A stretch of DNA of 32,674 nt from Agathobacter sp. GTDB lineage: Bacteria > Bacillota > Clostridia > Oscillospirales > Oscillospiraceae. The position numbers and the translations under genes are program-made. The stretch is from positions 1 through 32,674 of the forward strand of contig CAVHKA010000004.1 in NCBI GenBank assembly GCA_963636325.1, read 5' to 3'. The notes below the pieces were generated by a model. It saw only the letters and a program-made list of their open reading frames with translations. It was not told where the DNA came from and did no database searches. The first letter of the stretch is position 1, and every line of letters begins with the position of its first letter. Of the stretch, positions 1 to 9,142 are shown piece after piece.

Positions 1-357
1 ATCGGCTTCGTGATGCTGGTGGGCATCATCGTCAACAACGGCATCGTGCTGGTGGACTATATCAACCAGCAGCGCCTTGCGGGCATGGAGCGGCGGGAGG
101 CCATCATCGACGCGGGCGTCACCCGCCTGCGGCCTATCCTCATGACCTCCCTGACCACCATTCTGGGCCTGATCGTCACGGCGCTGGCGAAAAACGCCGG
201 TACGTCCCTGATCCAGCCGGTGGCGCTGGTGTGCATCGGCGGACTGCTGTACGCCACACTGATGACGCTGTTCGTGGTGCCCTGCATGTACGAGCTGGTC
301 AGCAAGAAGAACCTGCGTAAGATCGACGAGAAGGAGCTGGAGATCCTGGAGGACTGA
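1..357 (+). CDS. AcrB/AcrD/AcrF-family RND efflux permease, C-terminal fragment (5' truncated by window)
   Basis: GIIVNNGIVLVDYINQ and RLRPILMTSLTTILG are the TM10/TM11 RND signatures; TGA at 355-357. Confidence 0.92.
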   Translation: MGFVMLVGIIVNNGIVLVDYINQQRLAGMERREAIIDAGVTRLRPILMTSLTTILGLIVTALAKNAGTSLIQPVALVCIGGLLYATLMTLFVVPCMYELVSKKNLRKIDEKELEILED

Positions 358-375
358 TTTCGGTATCAAAAAACG

Positions 376-412
376 AAAAGCGGACACGGAAAAATTTCCG
401 TGTCCGCTTTTT
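376..412. terminator. Bidirectional intrinsic terminator between convergent RND gene and yqeC
   Basis: AAAAGCGGACACGGAAA-aa-TTTCCGTGTCCGCTTTT inverted repeat with A/T tracts on both sides. Confidence 0.85.
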
Positions 413-435
413 GCGTGTGGACTCCATCGTATGAA

Positions 436-510
436 GTAGGGGCGACCCTTGCGGTCGCCCGAACTGGTGCCGAACGGACATTCACGGGCGGCCGCAAGGG
501 CCGCCCCTAC
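436..510. repeat. GTAG-type REP inverted doublet
   Basis: GTAGGGGCGACCCTTGCGGTCGCCC (436-460) and inverted variant GGGCGGCCGCAAGGGCCGCCCCTAC (486-510). Confidence 0.85.
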
Positions 511-532
511 AAATATTCTATCGGTAATACCC

Positions 533-1204
533 CTACAAAATAATGCGATACGCCCGCTCCCACAGGCTCCCCGCGACCACCTTACCGGGCAGCAGGGCGG
601 CCAGGGTCTCGGCGTTGTGCCAGTCCTCCGGCGTTTCCACCTTGTTGATATACACCCAACCGGTATCGTAGCACTCCGCGTGGAGCACCTTTGCCTCCAA
701 TGCGGGCGTGACGATGTCATCCTCCGCCGCGCCGCACAGGGCGGCGTACCGCTCCGGACGGTGGCACACCTGCCGGATGGGATGGCCAAAGCCGTCGGCC
801 CCCACCACATAGATGGTCTGGCGGGCATTGGCGGGGATCACCGGCTCGTGTGGGGCGTGGGCCTTCAGCGGCAGGCGCTTGGCGCCGTCGGCCTCCACCA
901 GCACGAAATCCGCCAGCGCCGCCAGCACCTCAAAGGACAGCGGCGGAGCGCACAGCTTGCCCTCCGCCGTTTCCCCGGCCACGCATACCGCGCCATGCTC
1001 CGCCAGCGCGGCGGCCACGTCGTCCGCCGCCGTCAGCACCGGGTACTGCTCCGGCCTTTGAATGTGGGTGGAGGTGGTGACGATCACCGTGCCCCGGCGG
1101 CGCAGTTCCTCCGCCAGCGTGTACATGAGGGTGGTCTTGCCGCCGCCGCCGATCAGGGCGGTGACGCCTTTTTCCACCCCCAGCAGGGCGGAAATGTCCA
1201 TCAT
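533..1204 (-). CDS. yqeC: Selenium-dependent molybdenum hydroxylase accessory protein YqeC
   Basis: GGGGKTT P-loop, VIVTTSTHI, LVEADGAKRLPLKAHAPHEPVIP; ATG overlaps upstream stop (ATGA 1204-1201). Confidence 0.85.
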   Translation of the reverse strand: MMDISALLGVEKGVTALIGGGGKTTLMYTLAEELRRRGTVIVTTSTHIQRPEQYPVLTAADDVAAALAEHGAVCVAGETAEGKLCAPPLSFEVLAALADFVLVEADGAKRLPLKAHAPHEPVIPANARQTIYVVGADGFGHPIRQVCHRPERYAALCGAAEDDIVTPALEAKVLHAECYDTGWVYINKVETPEDWHNAETLAALLPGKVVAGSLWERAYRIIL

Positions 1205-1764
1205 ATGTCCTCCGGCACCCGCACCCATCTGACGGGCGCGCCGTCTTCAAACGTCACCTGATAGCCGGTGCCCGCCTTGCGGTACCAGTCCACACGCAGC
1301 CCGCCGAACCACGTCATCATGAATCCGGCGATAACGCCGCCGTGGATGACGCACACCGCGTCGCTGTCCTCCGCCAGCACCGTCTCCATGGCCTTCAGGT
1401 TCCGCACCGTGGTCTGGGGCGCGCTCTCCCCGTTGGGGCAGGGCAGATGCTCGCTGTCGGTCATCCAGTGCTGGAAGGCGGGATCATCCTTCATCTGCTC
1501 ATAGCTGCGCATCTCGAAATCACCGAAGTCCATCTCCCGCAGGCCCGGCAGCGCCGTGTGGGGCGCGTCGCCGTAGATGGCCCGGAAGGTCTGCTCCGTC
1601 CGCAGCATGCCGCTGGTGAAGTACCGCTTCGCGGTGGGATAGCGGGCGGCGTTTTCGTGCAGCTCCGCCAGCGATTCCGGCAGCACCGGGATATCCGCCG
1701 CGCCGTAGTAAAGCTCGTTGATGCTGCCCGCGGTCTGTCCGTGGCGTATCAGTGTCAGGATCAT
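1201..1764 (-). CDS. cobC: Histidine phosphatase, alpha-ribazole/adenosylcobalamin-phosphate phosphatase CobC-like
   Basis: LIRHGQT, LREMDFGDFE, PNGES, VIHGGVI motifs; located in cob operon; ATGA overlap. Confidence 0.8.
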   Translation of the reverse strand: MILTLIRHGQTAGSINELYYGAADIPVLPESLAELHENAARYPTAKRYFTSGMLRTEQTFRAIYGDAPHTALPGLREMDFGDFEMRSYEQMKDDPAFQHWMTDSEHLPCPNGESAPQTTVRNLKAMETVLAEDSDAVCVIHGGVIAGFMMTWFGGLRVDWYRKAGTGYQVTFEDGAPVRWVRVPEDI

Positions 1765-2111
1765 TTCAATACCTCCGTCAGTCCGCATAAAACGCGGGTC
1801 ACATGTGTCGCTTCCCGGGCCAGACGCTGCACCAGTGTGCCGTGTACCTCACGCCAGGCCCGTTCTTCTCCGTCCATGGGGACGATGCCGCCGCCCACCT
1901 CCCGGCTGATGACCACCGCGTCCGCGAAGAGGGGCAGATATTGTTCCGCGTCATCGCAGCGGCGGGTCAGGGCCTCCAGATGCCAATAGCACTTCTTTCC
2001 CGGTACGGGGTCTCCCGCCGCCAGATCGCACACATCGGCCATGGTCAGGCCGTAATGCTGGAGCGCCCAGGTCAGCTTCCCCTGAAACGCGCCGCCGATC
2101 ACCAATTCCAT
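1761..2111 (-). CDS. Short CobU/CobP-family protein (cobinamide kinase-like half)
   Basis: IGGAFQGK P-loop and SREVGGGIVP...ERAWRE..G...QRLA...A..V C-terminal CobU signature; 116 aa; GAGGTG RBS upstream. Confidence 0.8.
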   Translation of the reverse strand: MELVIGGAFQGKLTWALQHYGLTMADVCDLAAGDPVPGKKCYWHLEALTRRCDDAEQYLPLFADAVVISREVGGGIVPMDGEERAWREVHGTLVQRLAREATHVTRVLCGLTEVLK

Positions 2112-2116
2112 ACTCG

Positions 2117-2848
2117 TCACCTCACCAAAGTCAATACCGCCAGGCCGCACAGCTCCCCCAGCGTCAGGGCAAAGCCCGACACGTCGCCGGACATGCCGCC
2201 CAGCTGCTTATCGGCGTGCCATACCGCCAGCCAGTAGCCCGCAGCCGCCGCCGGCGGGGCGAAGCTGCCCCACAGCGCCAGCGGCACAATGGCCGCCGCG
2301 GCCATCACGATCGCGGCAAAGGCCACATAGGGGACCTTTCTGCCCGCCATGGTTGCGTACTGGCTGGTGGTCATGGGCCGCAGCGTCAGCACCGCCAGCG
2401 CCGCGCAGGCGCGGGACGCCACCGGGATCACCAGCAGCGGCAGCAGAGGGACGCTCTCCCCCGCCATGGCCACGCTCCACTGGCTCAGCGCCAGCAGCAC
2501 CATGCCGATGACAGCGAAGGCCCCGCAGTGGGAGTCCTTCAATATCTCCTGCCGCCGGGGCAGGTCGCGGCGGCTCAGCACCGCGTCACACACGTCCATA
2601 AAGCCGTCTAGATGAAGAAAGCCCGTCACCAGCCACGGCGCGGCGGCGATGAGCAATCCCGCCACGCTTTGGGGCAGCAAGCGGCCCGCATACGCCGCCA
2701 GCACCCATATGCCGCCCACCACGAAGCCCACAAGGGGCAGACAGCAGATCATTTTGCTGCGGGCCTTTTCGTTCCATATTTTCAGCGGGCAGGGCACCGC
2801 CAGAAACATGCCCCACGCCATGAAAAAGCCGTAGATCCAATCCTTCAC
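2117..2848 (-). CDS. cobS: Adenosylcobinamide-GDP ribazoletransferase (cobalamin synthase)
   Basis: TGFLHLDGFMDVCD, ILKDSHCGAFAV, LGGMSGDVSG motifs; polytopic membrane protein; GTG start overlapping cobU stop (GTGA). Confidence 0.92.
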   Translation of the reverse strand: MKDWIYGFFMAWGMFLAVPCPLKIWNEKARSKMICCLPLVGFVVGGIWVLAAYAGRLLPQSVAGLLIAAAPWLVTGFLHLDGFMDVCDAVLSRRDLPRRQEILKDSHCGAFAVIGMVLLALSQWSVAMAGESVPLLPLLVIPVASRACAALAVLTLRPMTTSQYATMAGRKVPYVAFAAIVMAAAAIVPLALWGSFAPPAAAAGYWLAVWHADKQLGGMSGDVSGFALTLGELCGLAVLTLVR

Positions 2849-3378
2849 AGGGGCCACGCTCCTTTCCACACATGGGGCAGCCCCGCCGCCATGTCGCACA
2901 CCACGTCAAATTCCGCCGCCAGCGCGCGGCACACCTGGGCAAGGCCACGGACGTAGACCTCCGTCCAGTCCTGATAGTCCTCGCCGCCCCGCCACAGATC
3001 GTCGCACACGCAGACGAAGTGGGCGCTGTGGCGGCTGACAGCCAGCAGCTCCGCCGTTACGGTCTCCGCCGCGTTGGCGTCGAACTCCGGGCCGAACATG
3101 GCCTCGGACAGGGCGGCGGTGACACTGTCCAGCAGCACCGCGCCGCGCTTGTCCACCTCCGGCAGTGCGGCGGTCAGGCCGGTGCTGCGCTCGATGGTCT
3201 GAAAGCCCCAGCCCGCCCGGTCGGCAATGTGCCGCAGGACGCGTTGGCGGTCCTCGCCGTCACGGGGCGTCATGGTGGCCCAGTAGTACATGGGGCCGCC
3301 CGCCGCCAGATGGCGGCACAGATGCTGGGCGGCGGTGCTTTTGCCGCTTTTGCTGCCGCCGGTCAGTAAAATTCTCAT
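2845..3378 (-). CDS. cobU: Adenosylcobinamide kinase/adenosylcobinamide-phosphate guanylyltransferase family protein
   Basis: TGGSKSGKS P-loop, YWATM, RVLRHIADR (GMP-accepting His motif), FQTIE, VLLDSVT. Confidence 0.88.
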   Translation of the reverse strand: MRILLTGGSKSGKSTAAQHLCRHLAAGGPMYYWATMTPRDGEDRQRVLRHIADRAGWGFQTIERSTGLTAALPEVDKRGAVLLDSVTAALSEAMFGPEFDANAAETVTAELLAVSRHSAHFVCVCDDLWRGGEDYQDWTEVYVRGLAQVCRALAAEFDVVCDMAAGLPHVWKGAWPL

Positions 3379-4478
3379 ACCTTTTCCACCGTAAAGCTGT
3401 CGCCGGAGCGGATGGGCTCCAGATAGTCGTCCTCAATGGCGGCCTCGGAGAATGTCGCCATGTTCTTCATCACGCCGCAGGCGCCCTCCAGCACCCGGAA
3501 CAGCAGCGGGCAGCCGCTGCCCTCCCCCAGCCGCATGTCCAGCGCAAGGCAGGGACTGAGGCCCAGCGCCTGGGCCGCTTTAGCGTAGCCCAGCTCATAG
3601 GACTGGTGGGACAGGAACAGATAGTCCCCCACGGCGGGGCACAGCCGCACGGCGCACAGGGCCGCCGCCACGGAGATGTAGCCGTCCACCGCGGCGGCAA
3701 TGCCCTCATGGGCGCAGCCCAGAAACGCGCCGGTCATGGCGGCGATATCCAGCCCGCCCACCTTGTGCAGCACGTCCAGCACGTCGTTTTGATCGGGATG
3801 GTGCAGTTGGAGCGCACGGCGCAGCACCTGCTTCTTCCGGTCAAAGCCCTCGTCGGTCAGGCCGCCGCCCCGGCCGGTAACGGCCTCCACCTCCGTATCC
3901 AGCAGTACCGAGAGCACGGCGGCGCTGGTGGTGGTGTTGCCGATGCCCATTTCCCCGATGCCCAGCACCGAGATGCCGTCGGCCTTGGCCTGGGCGGCGG
4001 CTTCCACGCCCACCGCCAGCGCCTGAAGGGCTTCCGCGCGGGTCATGGCGGGCTCCACCGCCAGATCGGCGGTGCCATAGCGCACCTTGCGGTCGATCAC
4101 GTCGGGACAATGGACGTCGGCGGCGATGCCCACGTCATATACGGCCACATCGTCACCGAAGGTTTTCGCCAGCGCCGACATGCCGGTCTTGCGGCGTGTC
4201 ATGTTGACCGCCTGCCGCAAGGTGACGGACTGGGGCGCGCAGGACACCCCCTCGGCCACCACGCCGTTGTCGGCGGCGAACACCGCCACCCGGCACTTTT
4301 TCACTTCCGGGCAGACCTGGCCCGTGACGCCCGCCATGCGGACGGCCATCTCCTCCAGCCTGCCAAGGCTTCCCGGCGGCTTGGCCAGCTCCGCCTGACG
4401 GCGGCGGGCAGCGGCCATGGCGGCCTCGTCCGCCGGTCGGATGGCCGCGATATAGGCTTGCAGTTCCTGCTCGGTCAT
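3375..4478 (-). CDS. cobT: Nicotinate-nucleotide--dimethylbenzimidazole phosphoribosyltransferase
   Basis: LAKPPGSLGRLE, FAADNGV, GEMGIGNTTTSAA, VTGRGGGL, LDMRLGEGSG motifs. Confidence 0.96.
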   Translation of the reverse strand: MTEQELQAYIAAIRPADEAAMAAARRRQAELAKPPGSLGRLEEMAVRMAGVTGQVCPEVKKCRVAVFAADNGVVAEGVSCAPQSVTLRQAVNMTRRKTGMSALAKTFGDDVAVYDVGIAADVHCPDVIDRKVRYGTADLAVEPAMTRAEALQALAVGVEAAAQAKADGISVLGIGEMGIGNTTTSAAVLSVLLDTEVEAVTGRGGGLTDEGFDRKKQVLRRALQLHHPDQNDVLDVLHKVGGLDIAAMTGAFLGCAHEGIAAAVDGYISVAAALCAVRLCPAVGDYLFLSHQSYELGYAKAAQALGLSPCLALDMRLGEGSGCPLLFRVLEGACGVMKNMATFSEAAIEDDYLEPIRSGDSFTVEKV

Positions 4479-5251
4479 AGTGTGATCTCTCCCAGATAGC
4501 CATGCGCCGCCAGCCAGTCAAGGGACGGGGCGCAGTTCATGTTTTCGATGGTGTAGGTGGCGGCGGGGCATTGGGCCAGCAGGGTATCCAGCACCCGCGC
4601 CATGGGGATATTGCCCTCCCCCAGTGGGTTGTGCAGGTCCCAGCCGCCGAAGTTGTTGTGGATATGCACATGCCGCAGCCAGGGCGCCAGCGGCGCGATC
4701 CAGTCCATGGGCGGCGTCTTGCTGACGGTGGTGTTGGCGTGGCCCACGTCAAGGCATACCCCCAGCCGGGGATCGTCCACGCCCTTCATGATGGCCGCCA
4801 GCATGTCCGGGCCATCGTCCATGACATTTTCCAGCGCGATGGTCATATCCTCCGGCACCTCCGGCAGGAAGCCACGCCAGAAGTCGATGGACTGTTCAAT
4901 GAACCACTCCGGAAAGTACACAAAGGGCACATACCCGTCGTGGATGACGATGCGTTTCACGTTCAGGCGGCGGGCCATGGCGATGGTCTGGCGGTAGCGC
5001 CGCGCCGCGATATCCCGCACCAGCGGGTCGATGGCGCAGGGGTGCAGCTCGGCAAAGGGCGCGTGGAGCCACAGGCTGTCCACGCCTGCCGCCGCCCGCT
5101 CCGCTGCGGTGAAGGCGGCGCTGTCCTCCAGCGCGGACGCCATGCAGAAGGCGGTGATCTCATAGCCCAGACCGTACCGCCGGGCCAGCGGGGCGGCGGT
5201 ATCGTCAATACCGGACAGATGCAGTTTTCCTCTCAGCGCGGCGCGGTCCAT
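4475..5251 (-). CDS. AP endonuclease 2 / sugar-phosphate isomerase-epimerase family metal-dependent TIM barrel; first gene of cob operon
   Basis: LHAPF, IHDG, LENV, CLDVGH, HVHIHNN..DLH.PLGEG, TIE metal-ligand pattern; GGGAGG RBS; stop overlaps cobT start. Confidence 0.85.
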   Translation of the reverse strand: MDRAALRGKLHLSGIDDTAAPLARRYGLGYEITAFCMASALEDSAAFTAAERAAAGVDSLWLHAPFAELHPCAIDPLVRDIAARRYRQTIAMARRLNVKRIVIHDGYVPFVYFPEWFIEQSIDFWRGFLPEVPEDMTIALENVMDDGPDMLAAIMKGVDDPRLGVCLDVGHANTTVSKTPPMDWIAPLAPWLRHVHIHNNFGGWDLHNPLGEGNIPMARVLDTLLAQCPAATYTIENMNCAPSLDWLAAHGYLGEITL

Positions 5252-5282
5252 AGGCGGCCTCCCTTTGTCTCAGATGGCTTCT

Positions 5283-5311
5283 ATTATAACGGCTCCGGCG
5301 GAGAAAAGCAA
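5283..5311 (-). promoter_or_regulatory. Sigma-A promoter for cob operon
   Basis: Minus strand TTGCTT (5311-5306)-17 bp-TATAAT (5288-5283). Confidence 0.65.
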
Positions 5312-5390
5312 CCGGCGGCGGAAAAAGGCAGCCGGGCCTCATAAAAGCGCTATCCTCGCACGAAAATCCGACCATACCGAACACACCGTA

Positions 5391-5419
5391 TTGCGCGAAA
5401 AAGAATAACGCTGTAAAAT
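5391..5419 (+). promoter_or_regulatory. Sigma-A promoter for ABC importer operon
   Basis: TTGCGC (5391-5396)-17 bp-TAAAAT (5414-5419); AAGGAGGAG RBS follows. Confidence 0.6.
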
Positions 5420-5455
5420 ATAATATTAAAAGACCATCGGAAGGAGGAGCCGCTC

Positions 5456-6490
5456 ATGAAGCAAACGCCGCACCGCACCGCCGCCGACCGCCGCGCCGCG
5501 CTGTGGATCGCCGCTCTGGCCGTGGCGCTTCTGGCGCTGTTCCTTCTGTCCTTCGTGCTGGGCCGGTACGATGTGCCCATCTGGCAGGTGGTGCGCATCC
5601 TGCTGTCGAAGGTCTTTCCCATGGAGGAGACGTGGACGGCCAATATGGCGGTGGCGGTGCTGAACGTGCGGCTGCCCCGTATCCTGCTGGCCTGTCTGGT
5701 GGGCTGCTCCCTGTCCGCCGCCGGGACCGCCTATCAGTCGGTGTTCCGCAACCCCATGGCCGCGCCGGACATTCTGGGCGCGTCGTCGGGGGCCTGCTTC
5801 GGCGCGGCGCTGGCCATTCTGCTGGGCTTCAGCCGCTTCGGCGTCACGGCGCTGGCCTTTGCCGCCAGTCTGGTGACGGTGACGCTGGTGTACGTCATCG
5901 CCCGCCGCATCCGGGGCAATCAGGTGGTGAACCTGCTGCTGTCGGGCATCATGATCTCGTCCCTGTTCTCGGCGGGCACCTCCTATATCAAGCTGGTGGC
6001 CGACCCCACCAACCAGCTGCCCGCCATCACCTACTGGCTCATGGGCAGTCTCAGCGGCACGCGGATGAAGGACGTGCTTTTTGCTCTGATCCCCATGGTC
6101 ATCGGCGCGGTGCCGCTGCTGCTGCTGCGCTGGCGCGTCAATCTGCTGACCCTCAGCGAGGAGGAGGCCCGCTCCATGGGCGTCAACACCACTGCCCTTC
6201 GTCTGGCGGTGATATTGTGCGCCACGGTGCTGACCGCCGCCAGCGTCTCCGCCAGCGGCATGATCGGCTGGGTGGGCCTTGTGATCCCCCATCTCAGCCG
6301 CAAGCTGGTGGGCAGCGACTGCCGCCGCCTGCTGCCGGCGGCCATGCTGCTGGGCGCCATTTTCCTGCTGGCGGTGGACAACGTGTCCCGCAATCTGCTG
6401 GCGGTGGAGATCCCCATCGGTATCCTGATGGCCTTCATCGGCGCGCCCTTCTTCATCTATCTCATGACCAGAAAGGAGCATGTGCTATGA
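5456..6490 (+). CDS. FecCD/BtuC-family type II ABC transporter permease
   Basis: VRLPRILLA, QSVFRNPMAAPDILGASSGA, GMIGWVGLVIPH, EIPIGILMAFIGAPFF. Confidence 0.93.
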   Translation: MKQTPHRTAADRRAALWIAALAVALLALFLLSFVLGRYDVPIWQVVRILLSKVFPMEETWTANMAVAVLNVRLPRILLACLVGCSLSAAGTAYQSVFRNPMAAPDILGASSGACFGAALAILLGFSRFGVTALAFAASLVTVTLVYVIARRIRGNQVVNLLLSGIMISSLFSAGTSYIKLVADPTNQLPAITYWLMGSLSGTRMKDVLFALIPMVIGAVPLLLLRWRVNLLTLSEEEARSMGVNTTALRLAVILCATVLTAASVSASGMIGWVGLVIPHLSRKLVGSDCRRLLPAAMLLGAIFLLAVDNVSRNLLAVEIPIGILMAFIGAPFFIYLMTRKEHVL

Positions 6491-7269
6491 GCCTTTCTGT
6501 GGAAAACCTGTCCTTTTCCTACGGCAAGACCCCCGTCCTGCGGGACGTGACCTTCACGGCGGAACAGGGGGAGCTGCTGTCGGTCCTGGGACCCAACGGC
6601 GTGGGCAAGACCACGCTGTTCCGCTGCGTGCTGGGAACGCTGACGCCCGCGTCGGGCCGCGTCACCGTGGACGGCTGCGACCTGACGGCCCTGCCGCCCC
6701 GCGAGCGGGCGCGGCGCGTCGCCTACATCCCCCAGATCCACCCCGCCACCTTCGGCTACACGGTGCTGGATACGGTGCTGATGGGCGCGGCCCGCCAGCT
6801 GAACGCCTTCCAGCAGCCGGGCGCGGCGCAGATCCGTCAGGCGGAGGAGGCGCTGGAGCAGGTAGGCGCGGTCCACCTGCGGGAGCGGAACTTCACCCAC
6901 CTCTCCGGCGGCGAGCAGCAGCTGGTGCTGATCGCCCGGGCGCTGGCCCAGCACGCGGAGGTGCTGATGATGGACGAGCCCACCTCGGCGCTGGATTACG
7001 GCAACCAGCTGCGGATCTTGCAGATGGTGCGCCGTCTGGCGGCCCAGGGCTATACGGTGGTGCTCAGCACCCACAATCCCCAGCATGCCCTGACCTTCGC
7101 CCACCGGCTGCTGGTGCTGCAAGGCGGTACCACCGCCGCGCTGGGACGGCCCGCTGATGTGCTGACGCCGGAGCTGATGGCGTCGCTGTACGGCGTGCAG
7201 GTGGATTTTCTGGACACGGCCTCCGGCCCGGTGCTGGCGCCCCGTGTGGAGGGAGCGACCCATGTTTGA
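6487..7269 (+). CDS. ABC transporter ATP-binding protein (FepC/BtuD-like)
   Basis: Walker A GPNGVGKTT, LSGGEQQ, MMDEPTSALD, STHNP; ATGA overlap with permease; AAAGGAG RBS. Confidence 0.93.
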   Translation: MSLSVENLSFSYGKTPVLRDVTFTAEQGELLSVLGPNGVGKTTLFRCVLGTLTPASGRVTVDGCDLTALPPRERARRVAYIPQIHPATFGYTVLDTVLMGAARQLNAFQQPGAAQIRQAEEALEQVGAVHLRERNFTHLSGGEQQLVLIARALAQHAEVLMMDEPTSALDYGNQLRILQMVRRLAAQGYTVVLSTHNPQHALTFAHRLLVLQGGTTAALGRPADVLTPELMASLYGVQVDFLDTASGPVLAPRVEGATHV

Positions 7270-8002
7270 GTGGAACGCGGACAAGGTCCGCTTTATGGAG
7301 GACGCCGCCGCGTGGGGCGACTTTCACGCCCGTCTGGCGGCGGCGCTGGCCCCGTATCTGCCCAAGGAGGGCCGCATCTGCGACGCGGGCTGCGGCACGG
7401 GACACCTGTCGCTGGCGCTGTCGCCCTATGTGAAGCAGGTGACGGCGGTGGACGTCAGCGGCGAGGCGCTGGCCCTGCTGGCGGACAACTGCCGCAAGCG
7501 GAACATCCGCAACATCGACATTCGCCGCGGCGACATCGCCCGGCTGCCGCCGGAGACGCCCTATGACGCCATGGTGTTCTGCTTCTTCGGCCATATTGAG
7601 GAGATACTGGCCATTTCGGCGGCCCAGTGCCGGGGCACGGTGCTGGCCATCATGCGCAACGACGCAGCCCACCGGTTCTCCGCCGCACAGAGCGCCATCC
7701 GTCACGGCGGCTATCCCCGCGGCGTGGCGGAGCTGACGGCCCGGGGCATCCCCTTCCACGCCTGCGAGATGGAGCTGCCCATGGGACAGCCCTTCCGCAC
7801 CCTGGATGACGCCCGGCGGTTCTTCCACTTGTACCGCCGTCCGGGCGACACCACCCCGGTCACTGACGACTTCCTGCGCGCACGGCTGACGGCCACGGGA
7901 CGGGAGGACTTTCCTCTCTATCTGACCCAGAGCCGGTGCTTCGGCCTGCTGCGCTGGGAGACGTGTGAGATATCAAACGAAGAAAAAGGAGAAAACGGAT
8001 GA
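7262..8002 (+). CDS. Class I SAM-dependent methyltransferase
   Basis: ICDAGCGTGHLS motif I, VTAVDVS motif II, GDI, YDAMV; overlaps both neighbours. Confidence 0.88.
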   Translation: MFEWNADKVRFMEDAAAWGDFHARLAAALAPYLPKEGRICDAGCGTGHLSLALSPYVKQVTAVDVSGEALALLADNCRKRNIRNIDIRRGDIARLPPETPYDAMVFCFFGHIEEILAISAAQCRGTVLAIMRNDAAHRFSAAQSAIRHGGYPRGVAELTARGIPFHACEMELPMGQPFRTLDDARRFFHLYRRPGDTTPVTDDFLRARLTATGREDFPLYLTQSRCFGLLRWETCEISNEEKGENG

Positions 8003-9096
8003 AAAAGACCCAAAAGCTTCTGGCGCTGCTGTTGGCGCTGGTGATGACCCTGAGTCTGGCCGCCTGCGGCGGTCAGGCCAACACCCCGGCGGAGGACGAG
8101 AACACCGCCGCCGAGACCCGCGTGTTTACCGATTCCACCGGCCGCGAGGTCACCGTTCCCGCCCAGATCGACAAGGTGGCCATCTCCGGCCCTCTGGCCC
8201 AGATCGTGGTGTTCGCCCTGTGCCCCGATAAGCTGGTGGGCGTGGCCAACGAGTGGGACGAGAGCGCCCAGCAGTACCTGGACGAGAAGTACTATAACCT
8301 GCCCCTGCTGGGCCAGCTGTACGGCGGCAAGGGCGAGCTGAATCTGGAGACTCTGCTGGCCAGCGAGGCCCAGGTGGTCATCGACGTGGGCGAGGCCAAG
8401 AGCACCATCGTGGAGGATATGGACGCCCTGCAGGAGCAGACCGGCATCCCCTTCGTCCACATCGATGCCAAGCTGGCCTCCATGGACGAGACCTATACCA
8501 TGCTGGGCGACCTGCTGGGCATGACCGACGAGGCCAAGACCCTGTCCGACTACTGCCGCGCCACCTATGACAAGGTCAGCGCCATTGCCGGCGGCGTGGA
8601 GAAGGCGAACCTGCTGTACGTCACCGGCGACACCGGCCTGAACGTCATTGCCCAGGGCTCCTTCCATGCCGAGGTCATCGACCTGCTCAGCAACAATCTG
8701 GCCGTGGTGGACGAGCCCAGCAGCAAGGGCAGCGGCAACGAGGTGGACATGGAGCAGATCCTCAACTGGAACCCCGACGTGATCCTGTTCGCCCCCGGCA
8801 GCATCTATGCAACCGTGGGTGAGGACGCCGCGTGGCAGGGCGTGACCGCCATCAAGGACGGCGCGTATTACGAAGTCCCCATGGGCCCCTATAACTGGAT
8901 GGGCTTCCCTCCCTCCGTGCAGCGTCTGCTGGGCATGCTGTGGATGGCCAAGGTGCTGTATCCCGATGCCGCCGACTATGACCTGTACACCGAGGCGGCC
9001 AACTACTTCCAGCTGTTCTATCACTGCGACCTGACCCAGGAGCAGTACGACGCGCTGGTGGCCAATTCCCTGCCCCAGCTGGACGCGGCCGCGTAA
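7999..9096 (+). CDS. ABC transporter substrate-binding lipoprotein (helical-backbone, Peripla_BP_2 type)
   Basis: Lipobox LAAC after signal peptide; FTDSTGREVTVP, NLETLL, EVDMEQILNWNPDVI. Confidence 0.9.
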   Translation: MKKTQKLLALLLALVMTLSLAACGGQANTPAEDENTAAETRVFTDSTGREVTVPAQIDKVAISGPLAQIVVFALCPDKLVGVANEWDESAQQYLDEKYYNLPLLGQLYGGKGELNLETLLASEAQVVIDVGEAKSTIVEDMDALQEQTGIPFVHIDAKLASMDETYTMLGDLLGMTDEAKTLSDYCRATYDKVSAIAGGVEKANLLYVTGDTGLNVIAQGSFHAEVIDLLSNNLAVVDEPSSKGSGNEVDMEQILNWNPDVILFAPGSIYATVGEDAAWQGVTAIKDGAYYEVPMGPYNWMGFPPSVQRLLGMLWMAKVLYPDAADYDLYTEAANYFQLFYHCDLTQEQYDALVANSLPQLDAAA

Positions 9097-9142
9097 CGCC
9101 CAGCGATAAAAACGCACAAACCACCCGCTGTGTTTACCGTGC

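Noticed and set aside
5405..5440. Possible ModE-like box (CGCTGTAAAATATAATATTAAAA)
   Set aside because: Lacks the symmetric TATATA...TATATAxCG arms; explained as the -10 region
5252..5455. Cobalamin riboswitch expected between cob operon and ABC importer
   Set aside because: Only 204 bp holding two promoters; no B12-box or GGGAA...GCCACTG core visible on either strand
5503..6486. Long 5' extension of the ABC ATPase ORF (588 aa) suggesting a frameshift or fusion
   Set aside because: Off-frame GC-rich read-through of the permease; the true start at 6487 has an RBS and ATGA overlap
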